Below the pieces are notes generated by a model. It saw only the letters and a list, made by a program, of their open reading frames with translations, was not told the DNA's origin and made no database searches. A program made the position numbers and the translations under genes. Of a DNA stretch of 64,000 nt, positions 19,615 to 29,693 are shown piece by piece. Numbering within the stretch: the first letter of the stretch is position 1; each line of letters starts with the position of its first letter. The stretch comes from an uncultured delta proteobacterium (GTDB taxonomy: Bacteria; Desulfobacterota; Binatia; Binatales; Binataceae), in NCBI GenBank assembly GCA_963765675.1, contig CAVXXK010000001.1, forward strand, positions 1,728,001 through 1,792,000, written 5' to 3'.

Positions 19615-20415
19615 ATGGATACCGCGGCAAGTACCCGACTCAAAAGACTCGACGAGGCGATCAGCCGCCACGTGCGGCCCGATTCGTTCCCGCTCGGAAT
19701 CCGGATGCTCAAGCCCGGCGAGCCCGTGCCCGAGGGCTTGCGTATCCCGAGCAAGAGCATGGGCGAGCACTGGATCGTATGCCAATCGATCGGAGTCGCG
19801 CGACGCTACGGATGGGGAATCGCGGTGGGAAAGGAGGACGTGATCTGTCCGCTCTCCGCGATCGCATTCGGATTTCGCAAACCCAACGATGAATACCTGC
19901 GTGGCTTCGCCTCGACCGGGATGTACTGCGAGAACGAGGAAGCGGCCACGCGGCTCGAAGCAGGAGTCTGGCACTTCGAGCCGGGCAGCTACGATTACGT
20001 CTGCGTCGCGCCGCTTGCCCGCGCGACCTTCGAGCCGCACGTCGTCGCGGTGTATGCCAACAGCGCGCAGGTGATGCGGCTGGTGAACGCCGCCCTCTAC
20101 ACCCGCGGCGGAAGAATCGAAAGCACGACCGGAGGGCGGCTGGATTGCGCGGAAATAGTAATTCAGACGATGACCACCGCCGCGCCCAAGGTGATTATTC
20201 CGTGCAACGGAGATCGTGTATTCGGGATGGCGCAGGACACAGAGATGGTTTTCGCGTGTCCGTGGGCGTTCGTAGACGAACTCTTAAAGGGACTCGAAGG
20301 TACCTACAAGGGAGGCGTGCGCTATCCGATTCCGGTGGCGATGCGAGGCACGGTCACGATGCCGAAGCATTACCAGGAGCTGCTGACAATGCTCGAGAAG
20401 CGCGATACCAAGTAG
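19615..20415 (+). CDS. DUF169-family protein
   Basis: CQSIGVARRYG, DVICP, QVMRL, GRLDCAE, PCNGDR pattern. Confidence 0.75.
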   Translation: MDTAASTRLKRLDEAISRHVRPDSFPLGIRMLKPGEPVPEGLRIPSKSMGEHWIVCQSIGVARRYGWGIAVGKEDVICPLSAIAFGFRKPNDEYLRGFASTGMYCENEEAATRLEAGVWHFEPGSYDYVCVAPLARATFEPHVVAVYANSAQVMRLVNAALYTRGGRIESTTGGRLDCAEIVIQTMTTAAPKVIIPCNGDRVFGMAQDTEMVFACPWAFVDELLKGLEGTYKGGVRYPIPVAMRGTVTMPKHYQELLTMLEKRDTK

Positions 20416-20476
20416 CATTGGCGCGTCACTGAGTAATTTAAATTTCCGATCCCTACTGAGAATTTACTGAGAAATA

Positions 20477-20511
20477 AAAACGGGCGGCCCGCACAATGGG
20501 TCGCCCGTTTT
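20477..20511. terminator. bidirectional rho-independent terminator
   Basis: aaaacgggcggccc-gcacaat-gggtcgcccgtttt between convergent genes. Confidence 0.8.
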
Positions 20512-20534
20512 GTCGACTACTATAATCCGTGCGC

Positions 20535-21038
20535 TTAGTCCTGGGCGGGCGGCGCGGACTCAGACTGCTGCGAGCTGTTCTGATGCATCAGTGAGTGCAT
20601 CTGCTGGTGCAGCGATTGCATCTGCGTATAAGTCGAGCCGGCCTGCGCGAGCTGCGTCGGCGTCAGGACTCCGCGAATCTGGATCGCGGTCTGAATGAAG
20701 GCCTGGTCGATCTGGCTCTGAATCTGCTCGTTGGCGGTGACCAGCGGCGAGATATCAGAGGCTGAAACCGTCCCGGCCGACAAGTACTTGGCGGCTACCG
20801 CCTCGCGGCCGGCGTGCAGTTGCTGAAACAGGGGTTTCAGCGTCGCGAATTGAGACTTCATGATCGTATGAATCTGTTGGCGCTGCGACGAAGTCAGATT
20901 TGCCGAGTGCAGGACCTGCGGCAACGGGATGCCGACGGCGCTGCCGCCTCCGTGCCCGTGCATATGTGCCATGGCCGGAGCGGCGGTTATCGCGAGCGCA
21001 AAAACTCCCGCAGCGAGTCCAATCCATCGTGCTTTCAT
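20535..21038 (-). CDS. periplasmic Spy/CpxP-like helical protein with His-rich N-terminus
   Basis: signal peptide (APAMA), HMHGHG, LTSSQ and LTPTQ motifs, Gln/Met/His-rich. Confidence 0.8.
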   Translation of the reverse strand: MKARWIGLAAGVFALAITAAPAMAHMHGHGGGSAVGIPLPQVLHSANLTSSQRQQIHTIMKSQFATLKPLFQQLHAGREAVAAKYLSAGTVSASDISPLVTANEQIQSQIDQAFIQTAIQIRGVLTPTQLAQAGSTYTQMQSLHQQMHSLMHQNSSQQSESAPPAQD

Positions 21039-21203
21039 TTCCTTATATCTCCTTAACTTCCGTGAAAGTTGATTCCTCAAATTCAGTTTTTGACAATCCG
21101 AGCGGGGGTTCGGACGCCCAGCCTGCCCGGGGAGGGGGGCAGGTCAATCGCTGCGCGCGGAGCCTGCTGCCGGAGACATCCTCGTCCCCGCTCTTGATAG
21201 GGT

Positions 21204-21230
21204 AGACGCACCTGGTTCCGCCGAGTTGCG
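21204..21230 (-). promoter_or_regulatory. ECF-type promoter CGCAAC-N16-CGTCT for the Spy/CpxP-like gene
   Basis: reverse complement reads cgcaac tcggcggaaccaggtg cgtct; same boxes and spacing at 21311 and 41648. Confidence 0.75.
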
Positions 21231-21310
21231 CGGGCGTCAGGACTGCCCAATGTATTATACTTTCAGCAGTGTTATGGCCGTCCCGATGAGAGTACCCGTC
21301 GTCCGATGAC

Positions 21311-21337
21311 CGCAACTCCGGAATCCGCGCCGCGTCT
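21311..21337 (+). promoter_or_regulatory. ECF-type promoter CGCAAC-N16-CGTCT for the sigma-factor operon
   Basis: cgcaac tccggaatccgcgccg cgtct, 18 bp upstream of the ECF start codon. Confidence 0.75.
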
Positions 21338-21355
21338 GGCACGTATAGGAAGATA

Positions 21356-21985
21356 GTGGGAAATCCATGCCTCAAGCCTGAGCATCCCGTCTCGATCGTG
21401 CTTCGCGCACAGTCCGGGGATGAAACCGCGCTCGAGGAGTTGGTTACGCTCTACCAGGAGAGAATCGGCGGGTTCGTTTACTCGATCCTCGGGGATCCCG
21501 AGGCGATTCCTGATACCTGCCATTCGGTGTTCGTCAAGATGATCGTCGGACTAAAGCGGTTGCGCGAACCCGCGAGCTTCGAGCCGTGGCTGTTCAGAAT
21601 CGCGCGCAACGCCTGCAACGATTTCCTGCGCCGCAAGCGGATGCGCCAGATCTTCGTTCCCTTCGAGCGCAAGCACGAGCAGGTCGCCGCTCCCGCGCAT
21701 CCCGAGCGCGACAGCAGGCTCGACGCGATGCGCCGCGCAATCGGCGCGTTGCCGGCACGTCAGCGCGAATTGATTTCCTTGCTCCAGGATCATGACTGGA
21801 GCTACGAGGATTTGGCGCGGGTCACGAATACTACAGTAGGTTCGGTAAAGTCGCGTCTGTTCCGCGCGCGCGAATTTTTACGCGAGAAAATCACCGCGGA
21901 TGAGCTGCGCGAGATCCAGCGCGAGCCGGCTAACGCCGGCCACCGCACCGCAGCAAATCCGTCTGAGGAATCAAATGACTACTAG
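21356..21985 (+). CDS. ECF-family RNA polymerase sigma factor
   Basis: AQSGDETALEELV, FEPWLFRIARN (sigma2), SYEDLA...GSVKSRLFRAR (sigma4). Confidence 0.92.
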   Translation: MGNPCLKPEHPVSIVLRAQSGDETALEELVTLYQERIGGFVYSILGDPEAIPDTCHSVFVKMIVGLKRLREPASFEPWLFRIARNACNDFLRRKRMRQIFVPFERKHEQVAAPAHPERDSRLDAMRRAIGALPARQRELISLLQDHDWSYEDLARVTNTTVGSVKSRLFRAREFLREKITADELREIQREPANAGHRTAANPSEESNDY

Positions 21986-22235
21986 ATTTGGATACTCACA
22001 ACGCCGCGAAGCGGGACGTCATCTGCCGCCTGGTTTTTCGAGCCGGGTAGTCGCCGACGCACGCGCGCTCGCGCGAGGCTCGGGCGAGCGGCGCCTGATG
22101 GCGATAACCGGTGCGGCCTGTATCGCATTGGTGATCGCGGGACACCTGGCGATTACCGCGGCCACCAGCCGCGCGAACCTTGAGCAATGGTCCAGCACCA
22201 CGAATCAAATCGTCGCGCTGGAAGAAACCCCATGA
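21975..22235 (+). CDS. putative single-pass anti-sigma factor
   Basis: overlaps sigma stop; LPPGFSSRVV cytoplasmic motif followed by one TM helix. Confidence 0.6.
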   Translation: MTTRFGYSQRREAGRHLPPGFSSRVVADARALARGSGERRLMAITGAACIALVIAGHLAITAATSRANLEQWSSTTNQIVALEETP

Positions 22236-22906
22236 GCGATCGCCTCCAGACCATCATCATCACGGTATTGCTATTCGTCAGCGGACTACTGATCGGAGTA
22301 TGGACTCAGCGCAGCCGTCCGTTTCCTCCCCCGCCGATTCCGCTGATGGGCGAGTTCGAGGGCCCGCGCGTGCTGGGCGAATACCCGCATCATCATTCCC
22401 ATCGCTTTGAGCGCGAATTTTTCGGCAAAGGACATATGTCGCCCGAGGAAATGCGCACCAAACTTGCTGAGCTCGAGCCGCGGATCAAGGCGTTCCAGGC
22501 CAACCTCGCCAATATCGAGAGCGACTTCCGCAAGGGCTTCGATGCGATCCTTACTCCTGCGCAGAAGACCAAGCTCGACCAGATCACCGCGGACCGCCAT
22601 CATCGCTTTGATGACGGTCCGATGCCCGGATGCGCCGGCGAACTCGGAAAGCCGCTCATTCCGATCGTGATCTATCGTCCGCTGCTCGACCGGATGACCG
22701 AGATGCTGACGCTCACGTCGGTGCAGCACGATCAGCTCGAGACCCTGCTGGTCGAGCGGCGCACGCGCTTTCTGAAATTCATCGACGACAATCCGCCCCC
22801 GAGCTTCAGCCTGCGCTATATGATTGGCCGCGGCTCCGCGCCGAGCGGCGCCGCAGCCAGCGAAGCCGCATCGCCTGCTCCCCCCGAGCCTCCCGCCACT
22901 GACTGA
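22232..22906 (+). CDS. membrane-anchored periplasmic helical protein (CpxP/CnrX-like)
   Basis: ATGA overlap; N-terminal TM, PPPP linker, HHHSHR, ILTPAQ and LTSVQ motifs. Confidence 0.65.
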   Translation: MSDRLQTIIITVLLFVSGLLIGVWTQRSRPFPPPPIPLMGEFEGPRVLGEYPHHHSHRFEREFFGKGHMSPEEMRTKLAELEPRIKAFQANLANIESDFRKGFDAILTPAQKTKLDQITADRHHRFDDGPMPGCAGELGKPLIPIVIYRPLLDRMTEMLTLTSVQHDQLETLLVERRTRFLKFIDDNPPPSFSLRYMIGRGSAPSGAAASEAASPAPPEPPATD

Positions 22907-22956
22907 TTCGATCGCGGGATCTCGCGGCGCGGCCCGCGCGAGGCTATCTTGTGCGC

Positions 22957-23646
22957 ATGGAGCGACAAGACAAAATCGCGCCGTCGGTACTCTCCGCCGA
23001 CTTCGCGCGCCTGGGCGAAGAGGTCGCGCGCGTCGAGCGCGCCGGCGCGGACCTGATTCATTTCGACGTGATGGACGGGCATTTCGTGCCCAATATCTCG
23101 ATTGGCGTGCCGGTCCTCGAATCGCTGCGCAAGGTGACGCGGTTGCCGCTCGACGCGCATCTGATGATCGAGAATCCCGAAAAGTACGTCGAGGTCTTCG
23201 TCAAGGCAGGCGCAAATTCCGTCTCGGTCCACGCCGAGGTCTGCAACGACATCCCCGCGATGGCGAAGCGGCTGCATGACCTGGGCGCACGCGCGTCGAT
23301 CGGCATCAATCCCGAAACCGACGTTGAGCGCGTACTGCCGTTCGCCGAGCATCTGGATATGATCCTGATCATGAGCGTGCATCCGGGCTTCGGCGGCCAG
23401 AGTTTCATCCCCGGCGCGCTCGACAAGCTGCGCGTCGTCAAGCGAGAGCTCGACCGGCGCGGCCTCGCGATCGATATCGAGATCGACGGCGGAGTTAAGC
23501 TCGACAATATCGCCGACGTGAAGGCGGCCGGCGCCAACGTATTCGTCTCCGGCTCCGGCATCTTCGGCCATCCGGACTACACCGTGATCATCGACGAGAT
23601 GCGCGACCAAATCGCGCACGCCGCCGCATCGCCGTCGCGGAAGTAA
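22957..23646 (+). CDS. rpe: ribulose-phosphate 3-epimerase
   Basis: IAPSVLSADF, HFDVMDGHFVPN, MSVHPGFGGQ, EIDGG. Confidence 0.96.
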   Translation: MERQDKIAPSVLSADFARLGEEVARVERAGADLIHFDVMDGHFVPNISIGVPVLESLRKVTRLPLDAHLMIENPEKYVEVFVKAGANSVSVHAEVCNDIPAMAKRLHDLGARASIGINPETDVERVLPFAEHLDMILIMSVHPGFGGQSFIPGALDKLRVVKRELDRRGLAIDIEIDGGVKLDNIADVKAAGANVFVSGSGIFGHPDYTVIIDEMRDQIAHAAASPSRK

Positions 23647-23777
23647 CCGCCAAACGGTTCGTTTAGTCGCGCGTGGCTGCCGCGCGTGATGAATGACAGA
23701 TTTGTGCGCTCTCGCGCCGAAAAGGTGCCGATGCTATAACAATCCTTCTGCGCGTTCCCGGCGTGGCATTACGGAAT

Positions 23778-23855
23778 CGGGGTGTAGCTCAGCCTGGCCA
23801 GAGCACTGCGTTCGGGACGCAGGAGTCGCTGGTTCAAATCCAGTCACCCCGACCA
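23778..23855 (+). tRNA. tRNA-Pro (anticodon CGG)
   Basis: cggggtg/caccccg acceptor stem, ctgcg-tt-CGG-ga-cgcag anticodon arm, GGTTCAAATCC T-arm, 3' ACCA. Confidence 0.96.
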
Positions 23856-23884
23856 TCCTCTTCCCGCCGCGAACCCAAGTCATC

Positions 23885-24493
23885 ATGCTTACCCTCATCG
23901 TTCTGGTAATCGGCGCATACCTGATCGGATCGATCCCGTTCGGCGTGATCGTCGGCCGGATGCGCGGATTCGACCCGCGCGCGGTCGGCTCGGGAAATAT
24001 CGGGATGACCAACGTCGCGCGCGCGGGCGGCATGAGCGCCGCGATCATCACGTTCGTGGGCGATGTCCTCAAAGGAGCATTGCCTGTGCTCTTCGCGCGT
24101 GTGGCCGGCTTTGGACCCGCCGCCATAGCATGGACCGCGATTGGCGCCTTCGTCGGCTCGATCTGTTCGGTCTTCCTCCGCTTTGGCGGCGGCAAAGGCA
24201 TTTCCGCCGCGCTCGGGATCTGGCTCGTGATCTCGCCGCTGGCCGTGCTGATCGCCGGGAGCGCCTTTGCGATTGTCTTCGCGATCTTCCAGATCGTGTC
24301 GCTAGCGTCGCTGACCGCCGCGATCGTGATGCCGCCGGCCGTCGCTATCCTGCACCTCCCAAGTCCCTTCCTGTTGCTCGCTATCGTCATAACCGCGCTG
24401 ATACTCCTGCGATTTCACGGGAATATCGCGCGGCTGATTCGCGGCGAGGAACCGCAGTTTCGGCCCTGGGCGAAGTCCGATGCCCCGGCGTGA
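23885..24493 (+). CDS. plsY: glycerol-3-phosphate acyltransferase PlsY
   Basis: YLIGSIPFG, GSGNIGMTNVAR, DVLKG, FGGGKGI, HGNIARL. Confidence 0.93.
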   Translation: MLTLIVLVIGAYLIGSIPFGVIVGRMRGFDPRAVGSGNIGMTNVARAGGMSAAIITFVGDVLKGALPVLFARVAGFGPAAIAWTAIGAFVGSICSVFLRFGGGKGISAALGIWLVISPLAVLIAGSAFAIVFAIFQIVSLASLTAAIVMPPAVAILHLPSPFLLLAIVITALILLRFHGNIARLIRGEEPQFRPWAKSDAPA

Positions 24494-24585
24494 GGGCGAT
24501 GCCTGCCGATTCATCGTTAGCCCGCTCGATGGGCACAGCTAAGGGCGAAATCGACATCCGCGAGGTCAATTTGGGCCGTCCGCGA

Positions 24586-24600
24586 TGGCATCGCGATTGC
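24586..24600 (+). promoter_or_regulatory. sigma54 -24/-12 promoter upstream of P-II gene
   Basis: TGGCATcgcgaTTGC, GG-N10-GC spacing. Confidence 0.7.
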
Positions 24601-24712
24601 CTGTCGATAGACGGGACCGGCGCCCGCGGCGGGCACTTGCGCAACCCACCCGGAAGGGGAAAAGGTAAAGCAGCCTTCGCGTGAATGCCTGAGCGCCGTG
24701 CTGCCCCGCTAA

Positions 24713-25084
<372 letters not shown>

Positions 25085-25117
25085 CCGCGCCCGCTCGCAG
25101 CCAATCAAAGAATCCCC

Positions 25118-25150
25118 CACGGCGGTTGGTCGTCCAACCGCCGTGTTTTT
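25118..25150 (+). terminator. rho-independent terminator after glnB
   Basis: cacggcggttgg-tcgt-ccaaccgccgtg followed by TTTTT. Confidence 0.85.
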
Positions 25151-25208
25151 CATCCGCCTCTGATCCCTCGCCCTGAAGAAACTGTCGATAAATGCCGAAT
25201 TCTTGTCC

Positions 25209-25415
25209 GTCATCCTGAACGAAGGCTGCCCCTTTCGGCGATGCTCAGGGCAGGCTCTGTGAAGGATCTCCGCGAAGCGATTAGTGCGAATGACCCAGAG
25301 GGGTTGCACTAATCGCTTCGCGGAGATCCTTCGCCTACGGCTCAGGATGACAACAGCGGCGGGTTTGCGAAAAAATCGACATCCTCCTGAAAGGGAGAGG
25401 TTAGGTGAGGGACCG
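25209..25415. repeat. composite palindromic repeat (GTCATCCTGA...TCAGGATGAC plus GGGAGAGG-type unit)
   Basis: 46-bp core gcactaatcgcttcgcggagatccttcgcctacggctcaggatgac at 25306-25351 recurs at 34993-35038 (1 mismatch) and 53288-53333; cctgaaagggagaggttagg recurs near 31129. Confidence 0.85.
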
Positions 25416-25505
25416 ATCCGCGCGCGGCATCGCCGCGCGCTTTAAATCCTGCCGCTGGAGATCTGCGACGCTTCCTGGGCGAGGTGAAATTCTGGATTCG
25501 TGTAG

Positions 25506-28253
25506 CTATACATCCTTGAAGGCTTTCTTCTTTTGGGTTGATTCGATCGCGGCTTGGGCTGCCGCCAGGCGGGCTACCGGTAGGCGATACGGCGAGCAGG
25601 AGACGTAGTCGAGGCCTAAGCGGTGGCAGGTTTTTACGCTGGCGGGGTCGCCGCCGTGCTCGCCGCAGATTCCGATCTTGAGCTTCCTGTTCGATTTGCG
25701 GCCGCGCTCGATCGCGATTCGCATCAGCTCGCCGACGCCGCTCGCGTCGAGTTCCTGGAACGGATCTTTTTTGTAGATTCCGCGCGTCACGTAGTCGTTC
25801 AGGAACTTCGAGGAGTCGTCGCGCGACAGGCCGTAGGCCATCTGCGTCAGGTCGTTGGTGCCGAAGGAGAAAAATTCCGCCGACTCCGCGATCTCGCCCG
25901 CCATCACACAGGCGCGCGGCACTTCGATCATCGTGCCGATCGTAAAGGCAACCTTCGTGCCGGTCTCCGCGAATACTTCCTTGGCCACCTCGCGAATCTC
26001 ACCCGCAAGGATGTCGAACTCTTTCTTGTCGCCGATTAGCGGAAGCATGATCTCGGGCAACGCCTTGACGCCATTCTTGCGCAGCTCGCACGCCGCTTCG
26101 ATAATCGCGCGCGCCTGCGCCTTGTAGATCTCCGGATAGCTGATGCCCAGGCGCGAGCCGCGATGCCCCAGCATCGGATTGAACTCGAACAGGCTGTCGC
26201 GGACCTGTTTCAGATGCGCGGGCGTGACGCCGATCTTCGCGGCGAGGTCCGCGATCTCGGCGTCCTCCTTGGGCAGGAATTCGTGCAGCGGCGGATCGAG
26301 CAGGCGAATCGTAACCGGCAGCGGCGCCATCTCCTTGAGGATGCCGACAAAGTCCTGGCGCTGCATCGGCAGGATTTTCGCGAGCGCCGTGGCGCGCTGC
26401 TTCGCGTTCTCCGCGAGGATCATCTGGCGCACCGCTTCGATCCGCTCGGGGTCGAAGAACATATGCTCGGTGCGGCACAGGCCGATTCCCTCGGCGCCGA
26501 ATTCGCGCGCGACGCGCGCGTCGTTGGGCGTATCGGCGTTGGCGCGCACGCCGAGCTTGCGCGTCGCGTCGGCCCATCCCATGAATTTTTTGAGATGCGC
26601 CGGCATCTCGGGCTGCACCGTCGGCACGCGGCCGATAATCACCTCGCCCGCCGAGCCGTCCAGCGTCAGGTACTCGCCGCGGCGGACAACGTGGCCCTCG
26701 GCGCTGAGCGTTCCCGCGTTGTAGTCGATCTCGAGCGCGCTGCATCCCGCGACGCAGCACTTGCCCATCCCGCGCGCGACCACGGCGGCGTGACTGGTCA
26801 TCCCGCCGCGCGCGGTGAGAATTCCCTCGGCCACCTGCATCCCGTGGATGTCTTCGGGCGAGGTTTCGACGCGCACGAGAATCACGGGACGGCCCGCGGC
26901 GCTGACGGCGACCGCCTCTTCGGCGGAGAATGCGACTTCGCCGAACACGGCGCCCGGCGAGGCCGGGAGTCCGCGCGCGATGACCTGCTTCTTCGCGCTC
27001 GGGTCTAATCGCGGATGCAGAAATTGATCGAGCGTCTCCGGCTCGACGCGCGTCAGCGCGACCTTGCGATCGATCAGCTTCTCGTCGGCCATATCGACCG
27101 CGATTCGAACGGCAGAAATCGCGGTGCGCTTGCCGTTGCGGGTCTGGAGCATGAACAGGCGTTCGCGCTCGATCGTGAATTCCATGTCCTGGCAATCTTT
27201 GAAATGGCGTTCGAGGCGCCCGCCGATCGCGACCAGCTCTTTGTAGGCTTTCGGAAAAGTCTCTTCGAGCGTCGAATGATCGCGCTTGCGTTCGGCCTCG
27301 CTCATCCCGACCCGCTCGGCCATCTTGCGCCCCGCGACAAGGCTGTTAGGACGCGGAGTGCGGACGCCGGCGACGACGTCTTCGCCCTGCGCGTTGGGCA
27401 GGAACTCGCCGTAGAGGCCTTTCTCGCCGGTTGCGGGATCGCGGGTGAAGGCGACGCCGGTCGCGCAATCGGAGCCGAGATTTCCGAACACCATCGATTG
27501 CACGGTGACGGCGGTGCCCCAATCGCCGGGGATATTGTTGATGCGGCGGTAGGTGATCGCGCGATCGTTGTTCCACGAGCCGAACACGGCGCCAATCGCC
27601 TCCCAGAGCTGCTCGTTCGGATCCTGCGGAAGGTCGCGGCCAACGCGGCGGCGGATCAGATCGCGGAACTCATCGACCAACTCGCGCAGATCATCGACTG
27701 AAAGATCAACGTCCTGCTTGACGCCGCGCGCGGCTTTCTTTTTGTCGATCAATTCCTCGAACGGATCGGCGTCGTTCTTGTTCTCGGGTTTGAGCTTTAA
27801 GACGACGTCGCCGTACATCTGGCAGAAGCGGCGATAGGAATCCCACGCGAAGCGCGGATTTCCGGAAACCGCTTCGAGTCCCTTCACGGTTTCGTCGGTG
27901 AGGCCCAAGTTGAGCACCGTGTCCATCATCCCGGGCATCGAGACTCGCGCGCCCGAGCGCACGGAGACCAACAGTGGATTGGTCGAGTCGCCGAATTTGC
28001 GCCCGAGCGCTTTTTCGACCCGCGCGACGCTTTTCTTGACGCCCTCGGCGAGGCCCTTCGGGTAAGTATTTTTGTGCGCGTAGAAGTAGTTGCAGACCTC
28101 GGTCGAAATCGTGAAGCCGGGAGGGACCGGCAGCTTGAGCGAGGCCATCTCGGCCAGGTTCGCGCCCTTGCCGCCCAGCAGATTACGCATCGCGGCGCGG
28201 CCCTCAGCCGCTCCCGCGCCGAAAAAGAAAATTTCAGGATGCACTCGAGCCAT
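25506..28253 (-). CDS. ppdK: pyruvate, phosphate dikinase
   Basis: LGGKGANLAEM, SVRSGA, GGMTSHAAVVARG, GIGLCRTEHMF, SFGTNDL, CGEHGG. Confidence 0.96.
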   Translation of the reverse strand: MARVHPEIFFFGAGAAEGRAAMRNLLGGKGANLAEMASLKLPVPPGFTISTEVCNYFYAHKNTYPKGLAEGVKKSVARVEKALGRKFGDSTNPLLVSVRSGARVSMPGMMDTVLNLGLTDETVKGLEAVSGNPRFAWDSYRRFCQMYGDVVLKLKPENKNDADPFEELIDKKKAARGVKQDVDLSVDDLRELVDEFRDLIRRRVGRDLPQDPNEQLWEAIGAVFGSWNNDRAITYRRINNIPGDWGTAVTVQSMVFGNLGSDCATGVAFTRDPATGEKGLYGEFLPNAQGEDVVAGVRTPRPNSLVAGRKMAERVGMSEAERKRDHSTLEETFPKAYKELVAIGGRLERHFKDCQDMEFTIERERLFMLQTRNGKRTAISAVRIAVDMADEKLIDRKVALTRVEPETLDQFLHPRLDPSAKKQVIARGLPASPGAVFGEVAFSAEEAVAVSAAGRPVILVRVETSPEDIHGMQVAEGILTARGGMTSHAAVVARGMGKCCVAGCSALEIDYNAGTLSAEGHVVRRGEYLTLDGSAGEVIIGRVPTVQPEMPAHLKKFMGWADATRKLGVRANADTPNDARVAREFGAEGIGLCRTEHMFFDPERIEAVRQMILAENAKQRATALAKILPMQRQDFVGILKEMAPLPVTIRLLDPPLHEFLPKEDAEIADLAAKIGVTPAHLKQVRDSLFEFNPMLGHRGSRLGISYPEIYKAQARAIIEAACELRKNGVKALPEIMLPLIGDKKEFDILAGEIREVAKEVFAETGTKVAFTIGTMIEVPRACVMAGEIAESAEFFSFGTNDLTQMAYGLSRDDSSKFLNDYVTRGIYKKDPFQELDASGVGELMRIAIERGRKSNRKLKIGICGEHGGDPASVKTCHRLGLDYVSCSPYRLPVARLAAAQAAIESTQKKKAFKDV

Positions 28254-28326
28254 TTCAGGTATCGTCTCCAATCCCCGCGTCGGCGGGTCCGATAGTAACT
28301 GCCTTGATGTTACGGCAGTTCGATTT

Positions 28327-29664
28327 CTATTTGGTCCATCCGATCTTGTCGCTCACTACTTCGACCAGCCGCGCGATCGGCACGCGCTCCTGCGTGGTCG
28401 AGTCGCGATCGCGCAGCGTGACGGTGTCATCTTCCATCGTCTGATGGTCGATCGTCACGCCGTAGGGCGTTCCGACTTCGTCCTGCCGGCGATAGCGGCG
28501 GCCGATCGAGCCCGCCTGATCATACGCGGTCGTGAAGTGGCGCTGCAAAATCTCGCGCACCGCATTCGCCTTCTCGGGCTGCCCGCCTTTGCGCAACAGC
28601 GGATAGATCGCAACTTTGATCGGCGCGAGGCGCGGATCGAAGCGCATCACGATGCGCGCCTCGTTCTCGACGATGTCTTCATCATAGGCGTCGAGCATGA
28701 ACGCGAGCATCGCACGGTCCACGCCGAGCGCGGGCTCGATCACCCACGGGCGGTAGCGCGTCTTCGCGTCTTCGTCGAAGTAGGTAAGGTCCTTGCCGCT
28801 GAACTTCGCGTGCTGATCGAGATCGAAGCTGCCGCGCTTGGCGACGCCTTCCAGCTCGCCCCATCCGAACGGATAGAGAAACTCGATATCGGTGGTGCCG
28901 CTCGAATAGTGCGAGAGCTCGTCGCTCGCGTGTTCGCGGCGGCGCAGATGCTCGGCCTTAAGGCCGTACTTCACATGCCAGTTGAAGCGGAAATCTGACC
29001 AGTAGGCATACCACTTCGCTTCCTCTGCGGTATCGGGGCGGATGAAAAACTCCATCTCCATCTGCTCGAACTCGCGGGTGCGGAAGATGAAATTTTCGGT
29101 GGTGATTTCGTTGCGGAACGATTTTCCGATCTGCGCGACGCCGAACGGCAGCTTGACGCGCTGGGTATCGACCATGTTCTGGAAGTTCGCGAAAATTCCC
29201 TGCGCGGTTTCCGGGCGGAGATAAACGACCGAGGCGGTGTCCTCGACCGGGCCGAGGAAAGTTTTGAACATCAGGTTGAAGTTGCGCGCCTCGGTCAGCT
29301 CGCCGCCACAATCGGGACATTTGCCGCCCGCGATCTTGTCGGCGCGAAAGCGATGCTTGCAAACTTTGCAATCGACCAGGGGGTCGGTGAAGTTCTGCAG
29401 ATGCTGCGACGCTTCCCAGGTTTTCGGATGCTGAAAAATCGCGGAGTCGAGCCCGAGCACGTCGCTGCGGTATTGGACCATCTCGCGCCACCACGCTTCC
29501 TTGACATTGCGCTTGAGCTCGACGCCGAGCGGGCCGTAGTCGAAGGTCGAGCCGAGGCCGCCGTAGATATCGCTGGTGGGAAAGACCAATCCGCGCCGCT
29601 TGCACAGGTTGACCAGCTTCTCCATCGTGACCGCGTTTTTCCGCGGCGGATTTTCGTCAGACAA
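28327..29664 (-). CDS. glyQS: glycine--tRNA ligase (alpha2 type)
   Basis: YLRPETAQG, GKSFRNEI, FRTREFEQME, GSIGRRYRRQDEVGTP. Confidence 0.95.
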   Translation of the reverse strand: MSDENPPRKNAVTMEKLVNLCKRRGLVFPTSDIYGGLGSTFDYGPLGVELKRNVKEAWWREMVQYRSDVLGLDSAIFQHPKTWEASQHLQNFTDPLVDCKVCKHRFRADKIAGGKCPDCGGELTEARNFNLMFKTFLGPVEDTASVVYLRPETAQGIFANFQNMVDTQRVKLPFGVAQIGKSFRNEITTENFIFRTREFEQMEMEFFIRPDTAEEAKWYAYWSDFRFNWHVKYGLKAEHLRRREHASDELSHYSSGTTDIEFLYPFGWGELEGVAKRGSFDLDQHAKFSGKDLTYFDEDAKTRYRPWVIEPALGVDRAMLAFMLDAYDEDIVENEARIVMRFDPRLAPIKVAIYPLLRKGGQPEKANAVREILQRHFTTAYDQAGSIGRRYRRQDEVGTPYGVTIDHQTMEDDTVTLRDRDSTTQERVPIARLVEVVSDKIGWTK

Positions 29665-29693
29665 ACTTCTCTCCCAAATTGATCGATTGCCGA

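Noticed and set aside
23778-23900. Genomic island integrated at tRNA-Pro
   Set aside because: tRNA is followed directly by plsY; no integrase or clear duplicated 3' end.
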